The position numbers were made by a program, and so were the translations under genes. A DNA stretch of 64,000 nucleotides from the NCBI GenBank assembly GCA_947623735.1, contig CANQHE010000001.1, forward strand, positions 18,687 through 82,686. Reading direction: 5' to 3'. This document shows positions 1 through 9,011 of this stretch, piece after piece. Each line of letters begins with the position of its first letter. Position 1 is the first letter of the stretch. Below the pieces are notes generated by a model. The model worked only from the letters and a program-made list of their open reading frames with translations, had not been told where the DNA came from and ran no database searches. The stretch comes from an uncultured Bacilli bacterium (GTDB taxonomy: Bacteria > Bacillota_I > Bacilli_A > RF39 > UBA660).

Positions 1-474
1 TTCTTTAGCTACTCCTTTAAGTTCTGCTAAAGTCATTTTACTATAATCTTTAGCCTTACTTGTACTTTCTTTCTTTTCTTCTTTTTTTACTTCTGCTTTT
101 ACAGTTTTTACTACTTTACCTTCTAAAGCATCATTACTTATCTTAACTAAATTTTTAAAAGCCGCAGGATCATTAATTGCCATTTCACTTAAAACTTTCC
201 GATTAATTTCAATTCCGGCTTTAGATAAGCCATTCATAAATTTTGAATAACTAATACCTTCTTCTCTACAAGCGGCATTAATTCTTGTTATCCAAAGTTT
301 CCGGAAGTTTCTCTTATTAGCTTTTCTATCCCGATAAGCATAAGCTCCACTATGGAAAACTTGTTCTTGGGCTGTCTTATATAATCTATGTTTACTGCCA
401 AAGTAACCTTTAGCTTCCTTTAAAACTTTTCTTCTTCTATTTTTAGAAACAGTTCCACCTTTAACTCTTGTCAT
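1..474 (-). CDS. rplT: 50S ribosomal protein L20, 5' complete, runs off the window start; carries a >=40 aa K/E-rich C-terminal extension ending in a Rho_N-like motif
   Basis: Reverse translation from ATG at 474 gives [18 protein letters not shown]...[26 protein letters not shown], then continues in frame as [38 protein letters not shown] with no stop by position 1. Order infC-rpmI-rplT is the conserved operon. Confidence 0.85.
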   Translation of the reverse strand, partial: MTRVKGGTVSKNRRRKVLKEAKGYFGSKHRLYKTAQEQVFHSGAYAYRDRKANKRNFRKLWITRINAACREEGISYSKFMNGLSKAGIEINRKVLSEMAINDPAAFKNLVKISNDALEGKVVKTVKAEVKKEEKKESTSKAKDYSKMTLAELKGVAKE

Positions 475-483
475 ATTAACCTC

Positions 484-678
484 CTAGATAACAGATTTTA
501 ATCTGCTAGCTTCTCCTTTTCCTAAAATTCCCTTATTTCTTCTTTGACGTACTTGCTTAGCTGTATCTTTATTAGTTTTATGATTACCATTACTTTTCTT
601 ATAAGTTAATGTTCCATTTTTCTTTTTCTTTAATACTTTACTACTTGCTTTATGTGTTTTTTGTTTACACTTTGCCAT
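484..678 (-). CDS. rpmI: 50S ribosomal protein L35
   Basis: 64 aa basic protein MAKCKQKTHKASSKV... between infC and rplT. Confidence 0.8.
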   Translation of the reverse strand: MAKCKQKTHKASSKVLKKKKNGTLTYKKSNGNHKTNKDTAKQVRQRRNKGILGKGEASRLKSVI

Positions 679-689
679 AATCTTTCCTC

Positions 690-1208
690 CTACTTATTTT
701 TTGGTGCTAAAAGCATAAATATTTGTCGACCATCAATCTTCGGTTGTGCTTCTATTACTGCGACATCTTCTAAAGCTTCATAAAATCGCAATAAGACTTC
801 TTTCCCTAATTCTGGTCTTGCCATTTGACGGCCTTTAAAACGGATAAATGCTTTAATCTTATGTCCTTTAACTAAATAATCTTTCGCATTTCGAACCCGA
901 GTTTCAAAATCATGAACATCAATTGTCACTGACAACCGATATTCTTTTAATTCTTTATTCGATTCTCTTTGTTTCTTTTGGGCTTCTTTTAGTTTCTTTT
1001 GTCTTTCATAACGGTACTTATTATAATCCATAATCTTAGCAACCGCCATATTCCCATTATCATTCATTAAAACTAAATCCAGTCCCGCATACTTGGCTAA
1101 AGTTAAAGCATCTTCACGCATTTTTTGCCCCATCTGTTCTCCATTAGGACCAATAACCATCATTTCTTTTACTTTTATTTGCTCATTTATTGGGAGCTCT
1201 TTACTCAC
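690..1208 (-). CDS. infC: translation initiation factor IF-3
   Basis: 172 aa with IF-3 motifs (VIGPNGEQMG, DLVLMNDNGNMAVAKIMDY, HDFETRVRNA), upstream of rpmI-rplT. Confidence 0.9.
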   Translation of the reverse strand: MSKELPINEQIKVKEMMVIGPNGEQMGQKMREDALTLAKYAGLDLVLMNDNGNMAVAKIMDYNKYRYERQKKLKEAQKKQRESNKELKEYRLSVTIDVHDFETRVRNAKDYLVKGHKIKAFIRFKGRQMARPELGKEVLLRFYEALEDVAVIEAQPKIDGRQIFMLLAPKNK

Positions 1209-1397
1209 ACTTGCTATACCTTTTGCACCTCCATTAAATTAAAAAGGTAGAATACAAATCTATTCCACCTAAAAACCTTATTAAATATTCTTATTCGGCT
1301 TTTTACCCATGAATATCATTCATCAGGTGGAAAAAATTTCGCTTTCCTTTTTCAATTTCTTAATAATTATATATTATTATATGTAATTTGTCAAGAA

Positions 1398-1913
1398 TTA
1401 TTTTTCTACACATTTATAAGAATCTTCACTATCTTTTATATCCTCATAAGACTCCCAAAATGCATCTTCATCAAAATTTCTCTCTTCATCAAAGAATTCT
1501 CCAAATTCAAAAGAATCAAATATCTCATCACTCATTTTGTTAATATCATAAGTTATTGTAATTACAACGGAATAATTCTTCTTATTAGTATCAATATCAA
1601 AGTCTACTCCTTTGTATTTATCTTTATTTTCTTTATACTCCCCTAAATAAGCCTCTTCAAATTGTTCTTCGAAAGTATCAAAATTTTCTTTTACATCTTC
1701 ATTACTTTTATCAAGTACCATTTCAGCTTTTTGAACTATTGTTGTAACTTTTTTATTCTTTCCATAGTTTATCTCAAAACTAGTTTTTGCTGTTTCATAA
1801 ACATCTGTATCTTCCATATCCATACTGCACACAATCTTCTTGTTTCCAAGACTACAACCTGAAAGTAAAACAACCATCATAACCCCTAAAATTGTTTTAA
1901 AAGCTTTTTTCAA
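1398..1913 (-). CDS. acidic lipoprotein, unknown function
   Basis: Signal peptide with lipobox LLSGCS; 171 aa rich in D/E. Confidence 0.6.
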   Translation of the reverse strand: MKKAFKTILGVMMVVLLSGCSLGNKKIVCSMDMEDTDVYETAKTSFEINYGKNKKVTTIVQKAEMVLDKSNEDVKENFDTFEEQFEEAYLGEYKENKDKYKGVDFDIDTNKKNYSVVITITYDINKMSDEIFDSFEFGEFFDEERNFDEDAFWESYEDIKDSEDSYKCVEK

Positions 1914-1989
1914 AACATATCACCTCTATAAACCTTCTAATAATATTATACTATAAAGAATAATTATGGGCAATCAAAAAAAGCTATTT

Positions 1990-2424
1990 CTAGCTTAATT
2001 TCTCTTTTACAAGTCTACTTACCAAACTCATATCAGCATTAGTTATTTTAGCATTTAATTCTTTCATAACCTTGCCCATATCTTTCATACTAGTAGGTTT
2101 AACTTCAAGAAATACTTCTTCTATAACTTTATTAATCTCTTCTTCGCTCATTTCTTCTGGTAAATAAACATTTAATATTTCTACTTCTTGTTCTAACTTC
2201 TCTACTTCTTCAAATTTATTATATTTTTTAAATTCTTCCATTGAATCTTTTCTAACTTTAACTTGCTTCTTTATTACTGCGGTAACTTCTTCATCACTAA
2301 GTTCATGTTTTTTACTAATTTTTTCTAACTGTAAAGCACTCTTAAGCATTCTAAGGACTGATAATTTAAACTTATCGCCACTTTTCATTGCTTCTTTTAA
2401 TTCTTTTGCTATTTTCTCGTTCAT
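1990..2424 (-). CDS. GatB/YqeY domain protein
   Basis: 144 aa MNEKIAKELKEAMKSGDKFKLSVLRMLKSALQ... typical YqeY; sits next to rpsU as in many Firmicutes. Confidence 0.8.
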   Translation of the reverse strand: MNEKIAKELKEAMKSGDKFKLSVLRMLKSALQLEKISKKHELSDEEVTAVIKKQVKVRKDSMEEFKKYNKFEEVEKLEQEVEILNVYLPEEMSEEEINKVIEEVFLEVKPTSMKDMGKVMKELNAKITNADMSLVSRLVKEKLS

Positions 2425-2435
2425 AATTACCTTCC

Positions 2436-2624
2436 TTAATAATTATTTCTGTGTTTCTTCGCATTACGCATTTGTTCTTTCTTTTCATTTCTTCTCCGAA
2501 CGCCAGGTTTTTCATAATGCTTTCTTTTCTTTAACTCAGAAGGGACACCGCTACGAGCAACTTTAGCTTTAAATTTCTTTAAAGCGCCATCAACGTTTCC
2601 ATTTTGAACTACGACTTTAGTCAT
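2436..2624 (-). CDS. rpsU: 30S ribosomal protein S21
   Basis: 62 aa MTKVVVQNGNVDGALKKFKAKVARSGV...RKHYEKPGVRRR. Confidence 0.9.
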   Translation of the reverse strand: MTKVVVQNGNVDGALKKFKAKVARSGVPSELKKRKHYEKPGVRRRNEKKEQMRNAKKHRNNY

Positions 2625-2702
2625 TTATAAATCCCTCCCTTCATTTACTAATTTATAGTATAACACCAGTATTTTTAAATATCAAGTAAATATTTAGATT
2701 TC

Positions 2703-2909
2703 TTATGGTTTTTCCCCGCTTTTTTCCCCATTTTCTAAATCTTGAACCCCTAAATGATATGACATCAATTCTTCTTTTATATCATTTTTAAGTGTATTAA
2801 GAAAATTTTTTTTATAGTTATTAATCATAAATCCTGTAAGCATAACTACAATAAACACTAAAAAAAATGCATAAACTAAATATATTGAAGCAAATCCTTT
2901 ACTTTTCAT
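2703..2909 (-). CDS. small membrane protein, candidate bacteriocin immunity protein
   Basis: 68 aa with one long TM (IYLVYAFFLVFIVVMLTGFMI), immediately downstream of the three-peptide array and its terminator. Function inferred from position only. Confidence 0.35.
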   Translation of the reverse strand: MKSKGFASIYLVYAFFLVFIVVMLTGFMINNYKKNFLNTLKNDIKEELMSYHLGVQDLENGEKSGEKP

Positions 2910-2934
2910 ATTCTTTTCTCCTATTTAAATTATA

Positions 2935-2964
2935 ACAAAAAAAGGGTTAATTTAAAACCCTTTC
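2935..2964 (-). terminator. rho-independent terminator closing the bacteriocin peptide array
   Basis: On the minus strand GAAAGGGTTttaaattAACCCTTT hairpin followed by a T run (TTTTTTG), directly after the TAA of peptide 3. Confidence 0.7.
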
Positions 2965-2971
2965 TATTAGT

Positions 2972-3127
2972 TTAGCAATAGTTTTTTGTTTTAGCGCGTC
3001 TAATAGAAGACCCAATACCTTTTCCAAAATCGATGATAGTAGTAAATACTTTTACTATCGCGGTAAGTAGCGCTGCACTAAAAGCACCACCATAAACCAC
3101 TAGTAATTCTTTATCTTCTAATTTCAT
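2972..3127 (-). CDS. double-glycine-leader bacteriocin prepeptide 3 (leader MKLEDKELLVVYGG; mature AFSAALLTAIVKVFTTIIDFGKGIGSSIRRAKTKNYC)
   Basis: Hand-translated 51-aa ORF missed by the ORF track because it is under 60 aa. Leader fits the LSxxELxxIxGG-type consensus. Mature peptide is cationic and amphipathic with a single C-terminal Cys. ATG overlaps the stop of peptide 2 (TAATG). Confidence 0.75.
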   Translation of the reverse strand: MKLEDKELLVVYGGAFSAALLTAIVKVFTTIIDFGKGIGSSIRRAKTKNYC

Positions 3128-3276
3128 TAGTTGCATTTATTTGGGTGAATATAACCATATATTACTGAAGCAACAAACACACCTACTGCTCCAATCCCAA
3201 ATAATCCTATCTTTAAAGCATTTATAAAACTACCACCATCAGCTGACATTAACTCATTAACTTCTAGTATTTTCAT
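3127..3276 (-). CDS. double-glycine-leader bacteriocin prepeptide 2 (leader MKILEVNELMSADGG; mature SFINALKIGLFGIGAVGVFVASVIYGYIHPNKCN)
   Basis: Hand-translated 49-aa ORF. GxxxG-type motifs (GLFGIGAVG) typical of class IIb two-peptide bacteriocins. Start overlaps the stop of peptide 1 (TAATG); its stop overlaps the start of peptide 3. Confidence 0.75.
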   Translation of the reverse strand: MKILEVNELMSADGGSFINALKIGLFGIGAVGVFVASVIYGYIHPNKCN

Positions 3277-3404
3277 TATCTTCTTCCTTTCACTAACTTA
3301 CAAAAATTTGCTATACTAATTACACTAATTAAAACATGAGTTAAAATTCCAATGAAAGAACCTCCCTCATAATTTAATAATTCTTCTTTTCTTAAAATCT
3401 CCAT
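3276..3404 (-). CDS. double-glycine-leader bacteriocin prepeptide 1 (leader MEILRKEELLNYEGG; mature SFIGILTHVLISVISIANFCKLVKGRR)
   Basis: Hand-translated 42-aa ORF starting 13 nt after an AAAGGAAGG RBS. Leader has E at -8 and hydrophobics at -4/-7/-12 before the GG. Confidence 0.7.
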   Translation of the reverse strand: MEILRKEELLNYEGGSFIGILTHVLISVISIANFCKLVKGRR

Positions 3405-3420
3405 ATTAAAACCTTCCTTT

Positions 3421-3828
3421 CTACCACATTAAATCCTTAACTTTTAATAGGAGGCTTTGTTTATTATAATAAAAAGTCAGAAAAACAATCTCATTCGAAT
3501 TAAGTGTTTTATCAATCTTTAATACCAAGGATTGATAACTTATCATATTTTCTTGGTCCACTTTCATTTCGCTATCAATAATTTCATATTTAACCTTTCT
3601 ATTATTAATTTTTAGAGCATCAATTTCTATATTACTGGGAATTACTGTATTAATAACACATTCTTTATCACAAGTAACATATCCTTTTCCCTGATAGTTA
3701 TCATAAACTTCCTTTTTCATCATATATCCTAGTATTATAAGCATAATTAAAAAACTTAATAAAATTATAATCCAAAATTTTCTTGGTTTTTGATTCAAAA
3801 GAACTAATTTATTATCAGTTAAATTCAT
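3421..3828 (-). CDS. membrane-anchored accessory protein of the bacteriocin export operon (possible short secretion accessory or immunity protein)
   Basis: 135 aa with N-terminal TM (FWIIILLSFLIMLIILGYMM) and a beta-rich C-terminal domain. Overlaps the ABC transporter stop (ATGA coupling). Confidence 0.4.
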   Translation of the reverse strand: MNLTDNKLVLLNQKPRKFWIIILLSFLIMLIILGYMMKKEVYDNYQGKGYVTCDKECVINTVIPSNIEIDALKINNRKVKYEIIDSEMKVDQENMISYQSLVLKIDKTLNSNEIVFLTFYYNKQSLLLKVKDLMW

Positions 3829-5882
3829 TCTGGTAAATCCTCCACCATAATCACATTTTTAAAGCAATCTTTCATATCTTTATGGGAAACATAAATTAAT
3901 ATTTTATCTTTATAATATTTCATAATTTTTTTAAGTATTGCTCTTTCCATTGTAATACTTACTTCACTTAATGCTTCATCAAGCATAATAACACTAGCTT
4001 TTTTAAGTAGAGCTCGAGCCAAAATAATTCTTTGTCTTTCCCCTCCACTTAAATTATTAATACTGGCATTAATAATTGTTTCATACCGGTTAGGTCTTTT
4101 ACTAACTATATCTTCAATTTCACAAATTTTAGTTACTTCAAGAAACTCTTCTTCCCGAATATTTCTAAAACAAATAATATTATCTCTAATTGTTCCTGTA
4201 AATAATCTTTCTTCCTGTCCTACATATAATATATCCCTTCTTATAGCTTCCAAACTGAAATCTTTTTCACTCTGATTGTTTAAAAGTATATTACCATCAT
4301 ATCCTTCAATAATTCGATAAATAAGTTTACAAACTGTACTTTTACCAGCTCCGCTTGGTCCATCAATTAAAACCTTGCTTTTACTATCAAGTTTAAAACT
4401 TACATCTTTTAACACTTTTTTATAAGTATTATAACTAAAACTTACCTTTTTAAATTCCAATTCTTCAATCTTTAAAGTTTTTAATCCCACATCCCGAGCT
4501 TCCTCTTTTATGGCTAAAAACTCACTCAATTTACTAAAAGAAGCCTTTAAATAATTATATTTTGGTATCAGTTCTAAAATTTCTTTTACAGGGTCAAATA
4601 AATAAAGAATAATACTATTAAACGTAACTAAATTTAGAACATCTAACTTTCCCTGATTTATTAAATAAAATCCCAAAGTCATGATAACAAAAAGACCCAT
4701 TTCATAAATAAAATCTTTCATCAAATCAATTCCATTAAGTAAACTTTGTAAATTAAAATTGCATCTTAATAACTTTATAAGTTTACTCTCTAACTTCTGA
4801 AAGAATGTATCTTCCATATTCAAATTTTTAATGCTGGTATTTTGTTCTATCATCTCAATTAGATTAGCATTAAACTCTGTTCCCACTTCGATATTATTCT
4901 TCACTTTCCGATATATAATCTTACTAAAAAGCAAGCCTATTCCTATATAAATACTTACTATTAAACAAAGCACTAAAAATAGTTTCGCATTTATAAAGTA
5001 TAACACCAACGCTGCTCCAATAAGCAACACCGTATTAAGAAGAACACTTGTGAATATTTCTGAAAGTAAATTTTTTACTTGTCCGAGTTCCTCTACCCTT
5101 GATACAATTTCTCCTGTCTCACGGTTTTGCATAAATTTTAAAGGGAGACCAAAAATATGCTTTAAAGTATCATCGTATACCGCAATATCTAAATTCTTAT
5201 TAAAATAATTTAAATAATAACTTCGCATGAATTTACAAATAATTTTTAGTAAAGTGAGAAAGAAAAATATCAAAACCATAAACTTTACTAATCCTAAATC
5301 TTCTCCTTTATTTAACATGGTAATAACTATTTGAAAATAAAAAGTCCCAATAATCGAAAAAATAATTAAAATTAATGTTATAAAACAAATAATAATAAAC
5401 TGTTTTCTATTACTTTTTAACAACTTGAGAAATAAATTATAAATAGATAGTTCTCTATCATATTTTATAATATTATTTACTGGCATAAACAAACCTAAAA
5501 TATTATCCCAAATTTGTAAAAACTCTTTTATTTTCATTTTAACTTTACCACGGGCTGGGTCCATTATATAAATATCATTATTACTAATTTTATATATAAC
5601 TACAAAATGATTTAAACCATTTTTTAAGACTACATGAGCTATCGCGGGTAAATAGATATTTTTATCATGAATATTATCCACTCTGACACCAGTTGCTTCA
5701 AACCCATATTTTACTGCGGCTTTTATGAGTTGATAAAGATTCGTGCCATTACTAGTAGTAATCGTATCATCTCTAATTTTATCTATTGGAACATAACCGC
5801 CATAATATTTTATAATCGACGCCAAAGAACAAGCTCCACAATCTGTAATATCATGTTGTCTTACAACTTCTACTTTTGCTAT
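3825..5882 (-). CDS. bacteriocin-processing ABC transporter with N-terminal C39 peptidase domain; apparent ATA initiation codon (first canonical start TTG at 5825 lies after the catalytic Cys)
   Basis: C-terminal ABC ATPase motifs GPSGAGKST, LSGGERQRIILARAL, IMLDEA; six TM helices. The in-frame extension upstream of the track's TTG start encodes IAKVEVVRQHDITDCGACSLASI, matching the C39 QxxDxxDCGxAC active site. The only stop upstream is TAA at 5886-5888, and GGGAGGG lies 7 nt before the ATA at 5882. Confidence 0.75.
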   Translation of the reverse strand: MAKVEVVRQHDITDCGACSLASIIKYYGGYVPIDKIRDDTITTSNGTNLYQLIKAAVKYGFEATGVRVDNIHDKNIYLPAIAHVVLKNGLNHFVVIYKISNNDIYIMDPARGKVKMKIKEFLQIWDNILGLFMPVNNIIKYDRELSIYNLFLKLLKSNRKQFIIICFITLILIIFSIIGTFYFQIVITMLNKGEDLGLVKFMVLIFFFLTLLKIICKFMRSYYLNYFNKNLDIAVYDDTLKHIFGLPLKFMQNRETGEIVSRVEELGQVKNLLSEIFTSVLLNTVLLIGAALVLYFINAKLFLVLCLIVSIYIGIGLLFSKIIYRKVKNNIEVGTEFNANLIEMIEQNTSIKNLNMEDTFFQKLESKLIKLLRCNFNLQSLLNGIDLMKDFIYEMGLFVIMTLGFYLINQGKLDVLNLVTFNSIILYLFDPVKEILELIPKYNYLKASFSKLSEFLAIKEEARDVGLKTLKIEELEFKKVSFSYNTYKKVLKDVSFKLDSKSKVLIDGPSGAGKSTVCKLIYRIIEGYDGNILLNNQSEKDFSLEAIRRDILYVGQEERLFTGTIRDNIICFRNIREEEFLEVTKICEIEDIVSKRPNRYETIINASINNLSGGERQRIILARALLKKASVIMLDEALSEVSITMERAILKKIMKYYKDKILIYVSHKDMKDCFKNVIMVEDLPE

Positions 5883-6042
5883 ATTTTATCCCTCCCTTCA
5901 CTTCTATTTATTACCGGTTTTTTTCCAATTTCCTTTATTTTTTTGCATTTTGGGTACTTTTTTTTACATTCCCGCCAAAATTCGACAAATTTCCCTATCT
6001 ATCTTGAGTATAATAGCAACCCAAAAGGAAGGGAAAAACTTT

Positions 6043-6489
6043 ATGAAAAATCCCAATATTTTAATAAATTTACGAATCAAACATAATAAAAGTCAGCAAT
6101 TTATAGCTAACCTTTTAGATGTAACTCTTAAAACTTATAAATATTATGAACTAAATATTTATCAAATGAAACTTAGTAAATTATCTATTTTAGCCACTTT
6201 TTACAATGTATCTTTAGATTATTTAACTGGTTTAAGTAAATTTAAAAATCCTAATCTTCCTTCCATTAATTATACAAAATTACAATATAATTTAATTTAC
6301 TATCGCATTTTTTATAATATTCCTAAAAAAGATTTAACAATTATTACTTATCACTCTCGTCCCACTATTGATAAATATGAAAAAACACCTACTTCTGTAA
6401 GTGTTCTCTATCTTTATCTTTATGCTAAACATTTTAACTTATCTCTTGATTACATGTGTGGTAGAACCACAAAAAAAGAAATACTTTAA
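6043..6489 (+). CDS. tandem-HTH XRE-family transcriptional regulator (paralog 1 of 4), divergent from the bacteriocin operon
   Basis: 149 aa from ATG at 6043 (RBS AAGGAAGGG). Two HTH_3-like halves, each ending in a SLDY(L/M)xG motif. Paralogous to 43042-43497, 45457-45906 and 53786-54232. Confidence 0.65.
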   Translation: MKNPNILINLRIKHNKSQQFIANLLDVTLKTYKYYELNIYQMKLSKLSILATFYNVSLDYLTGLSKFKNPNLPSINYTKLQYNLIYYRIFYNIPKKDLTIITYHSRPTIDKYEKTPTSVSVLYLYLYAKHFNLSLDYMCGRTTKKEIL

Positions 6490-7646
6490 TCTTTCAGTAC
6501 TTCTTTTAATAAAACTTCATCATCTTTAAATAAATCATATTTTTTAACAATAAACTTAAATATAACTTTAAGTAAAGCAATACAAGGGGTTGCAATTACC
6601 ATTCCAATTATTCCAAAATAATGCGCAAAAACAAGTAACCCCACAATAATTGTCACTGGATGTAACTGAGTTGTTTTACTCATAATTACCGGTTGTAAAA
6701 TATAATTTTCCACTAATTGTACAACTACACATATTATTAATACAGCAATACCTGTAATTGAACCTTGAGAAAAACCAACAATTAAAGCCATTGCTCCTCC
6801 AATATATGGTCCAATATAAGGAATTAAATCCGTAAGTCCACAAACTAAACCAAATAGAAGTGGAGCATTAAGACCTACTATCATAAACCCAATAGTATCA
6901 CAAACAAATACCATTAAAGCAACAAGTAAAGTCCCACTTATAGTTTTTCTTACTTCTTTTCCAATATCACTTAATAATACTTCAATTTCATATTTATTTT
7001 TAGATGGTACTAATTTTAAAAAGTGGGTTGCTATCGCATCAAAATCAAAAAGCATATATAAACCTACTACTAAACTAATTAAAATAGTTCCTAACCCCGA
7101 TGCGACACTTCCAAGTATACTTACTATTGAATTAGGAAGTGAATTAGTCATATTAACCACATAGTTTCCTACCCCACTAAATAAATTATCTTTAAAACTT
7201 GTTAAATCTACTCCACTAATAGCCACTTGATTAATAAAATCATCCGCAAAACCTCTGAATTTATCAATAATTGATGGCAATATTCCTATTAAATCATTAA
7301 TCTGATTATATAAAGTTGGAATAAGTATTCTTAAGAAAACATACATAAATATTAAAAATATTGCATAAACAAGTAAACTTCCCACAATTCTAGGAATACC
7401 TTTATTATTCATTTTTTTAACTATCGGATTAAGTAACCACGCAATAATAAACCCAATAAATAAAGGTGATAAAACCGATATAAAAGTAAACAAAAAATGC
7501 CAAATATTTAAATTCTTTAAAATAATTGTTCCAAAAAGTACTATAGCAACTATCATAACTATATAAAGTAATTTAAGTATTTTCTTTGTAAAAAGTACTA
7601 CTTCATTTATTTCTTCATTATTAATTTCCTTAAGATTTTTTTTCAT
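6486..7646 (-). CDS. AI-2E family transporter (UPF0118/PerM-like permease)
   Basis: 386 aa, 8 TM, typical C-terminal core (GLLVFAHYFGIIGMVIATP). Confidence 0.7.
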   Translation of the reverse strand: MKKNLKEINNEEINEVVLFTKKILKLLYIVMIVAIVLFGTIILKNLNIWHFLFTFISVLSPLFIGFIIAWLLNPIVKKMNNKGIPRIVGSLLVYAIFLIFMYVFLRILIPTLYNQINDLIGILPSIIDKFRGFADDFINQVAISGVDLTSFKDNLFSGVGNYVVNMTNSLPNSIVSILGSVASGLGTILISLVVGLYMLFDFDAIATHFLKLVPSKNKYEIEVLLSDIGKEVRKTISGTLLVALMVFVCDTIGFMIVGLNAPLLFGLVCGLTDLIPYIGPYIGGAMALIVGFSQGSITGIAVLIICVVVQLVENYILQPVIMSKTTQLHPVTIIVGLLVFAHYFGIIGMVIATPCIALLKVIFKFIVKKYDLFKDDEVLLKEVLKD

Positions 7647-7647
7647 A

Positions 7648-8175
7648 TTAAACCCTCATTAATTCAGTTTCTTTTTCCCTAAATATTTCATCAATCTTTT
7701 TATTATATTTTGTAATTAATTCTTGTACTTGCTCTAACTCTCTTTTTTCTTGGTCTTCTGGTAATTCTTGTTTTTTTATCTCATTATTAACTTCTTGTCT
7801 TATATTTCTTAAAGCAACTCTTGCTTCTTCACATACCATCTTGGCTTGCTTTACATAATCTTTTCTCTTATCTTCAGTAAGCTCTGGTACTGTAAGTGTT
7901 ATAACTTCCCCATTATTTACCGGAGTAATGCCAATATTTGCTTCATTAATTGCTCTTTCTATTTCTTTTAAGGCACTCCTATCAAATGGCTTAATCATTA
8001 AACTTCTTGCCTCTGGAACTGTAATATTTGCTAAACTCTGAATAGGTGTATCTACTCCATAATAACTAGCATTAATTCCATTAAGCATCGCTGGTGTTGC
8101 TCTCCCCGCTCTAATATTAAGTAATCTTGCTTCTAAACTTTCGATAGTTTTTATAAATTTTGCTTCATTATCCAT
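7648..8175 (-). CDS. frr: ribosome recycling factor
   Basis: 175 aa ...LLNIRAGRATPAMLNGI...ITLTVPELTEDKRKDYVKQAK... Confidence 0.9.
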   Translation of the reverse strand: MDNEAKFIKTIESLEARLLNIRAGRATPAMLNGINASYYGVDTPIQSLANITVPEARSLMIKPFDRSALKEIERAINEANIGITPVNNGEVITLTVPELTEDKRKDYVKQAKMVCEEARVALRNIRQEVNNEIKKQELPEDQEKRELEQVQELITKYNKKIDEIFREKETELMRV

Positions 8176-8186
8176 ATTATTCCTCC

Positions 8187-9005
8187 TTAATCAATTACTA
8201 TACTATCATTATAATCTTGTTCAATCGTTTTTACAAGATAAGTAACATTTAAAAAACCACCTTTATCAATAAATAATGTATAATTTTCATCTTTATCTAA
8301 AGCTTTTAATGTTTCATCAATAAGAATAACCTCAACTTCTTCTTCCCCTTTTTCTATTTTTGTTTGTTTATTCTCTAATCTTTCTCTAATTTTAACTTTT
8401 ATATCTTCCATTGTTACTTCATAATTATCTAGTATATCTTTATTACTTAAAATTGTTCCGTTATTAATATCAATTACATAAGATTCCGCTTTAACAAACT
8501 CTTCCCCATCAAAACAATCAAAATCATATTTTAAACTTACTAAAGATGCATAATCTCTTGCAAAATATCTATCAAATCTTAAATAACTAGCTTTATATAT
8601 ATTATCATCTTTATATATAACTTTTTCTTGCTCTTCCTCACTTAAGTTTTGATCACTTAAAACTAAATATGTTTTTTCTAACTCTCCTACTTCATTATTT
8701 ATAGTATTCTCTATTGTTCTAGCATCACTACTATCAATATTTATCGCAACTTCTTTATAACTAATATCTCTATTACTACTCTTTATATTTTCATTTAAAA
8801 AATATATGTAATCTTTATCTTCCCTAATCTTTTTACTTTCATCTTTAGCTACTTCTTCATGAATCTTACTTTCAGGATCATCTTTTTTATTTTTACTCTC
8901 ATCATTAGTAAGCATAACTGTTAAGAAAAAACCACCTACGACTAAAAAAACGATAAAAAAGAAAAATAACATTGCATAAACTTTCCCATTTCTAACATCA
9001 TTCAT
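8187..9005 (-). CDS. membrane-anchored hypothetical protein
   Basis: 272 aa with N-terminal TM (AMLFFFFIVFLVVGGFFLTVML); no recognizable domain. Confidence 0.5.
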   Translation of the reverse strand: MNDVRNGKVYAMLFFFFIVFLVVGGFFLTVMLTNDESKNKKDDPESKIHEEVAKDESKKIREDKDYIYFLNENIKSSNRDISYKEVAINIDSSDARTIENTINNEVGELEKTYLVLSDQNLSEEEQEKVIYKDDNIYKASYLRFDRYFARDYASLVSLKYDFDCFDGEEFVKAESYVIDINNGTILSNKDILDNYEVTMEDIKVKIRERLENKQTKIEKGEEEVEVILIDETLKALDKDENYTLFIDKGGFLNVTYLVKTIEQDYNDSIVID

Positions 9006-9011
9006 AAACTT

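Noticed and set aside
1662-1862. Plus-strand ORFs embedded antisense in minus-strand genes: 1662-1862, 5667-6086, 10483-10671, 15587-15871, 16485-16685, 17169-17366, 24231-24440, 25495-25921, 28383-28667, 29279-29464, 31749-31979, 33436-33860, 35655-36044, 37631-38040 (both strands inside gerA), 40059-40259, 41563-41745, 43743-43961, 44222-44494, 47341-47523, 49519-49707, 49880-50065, 57514-57747, 59506-59736, 62479-62790.
   Set aside because: They lie fully inside longer, well-supported genes on the opposite strand or in another frame, have low-complexity composition driven by AT-rich codon bias, and have no RBS. They are antisense artefacts.
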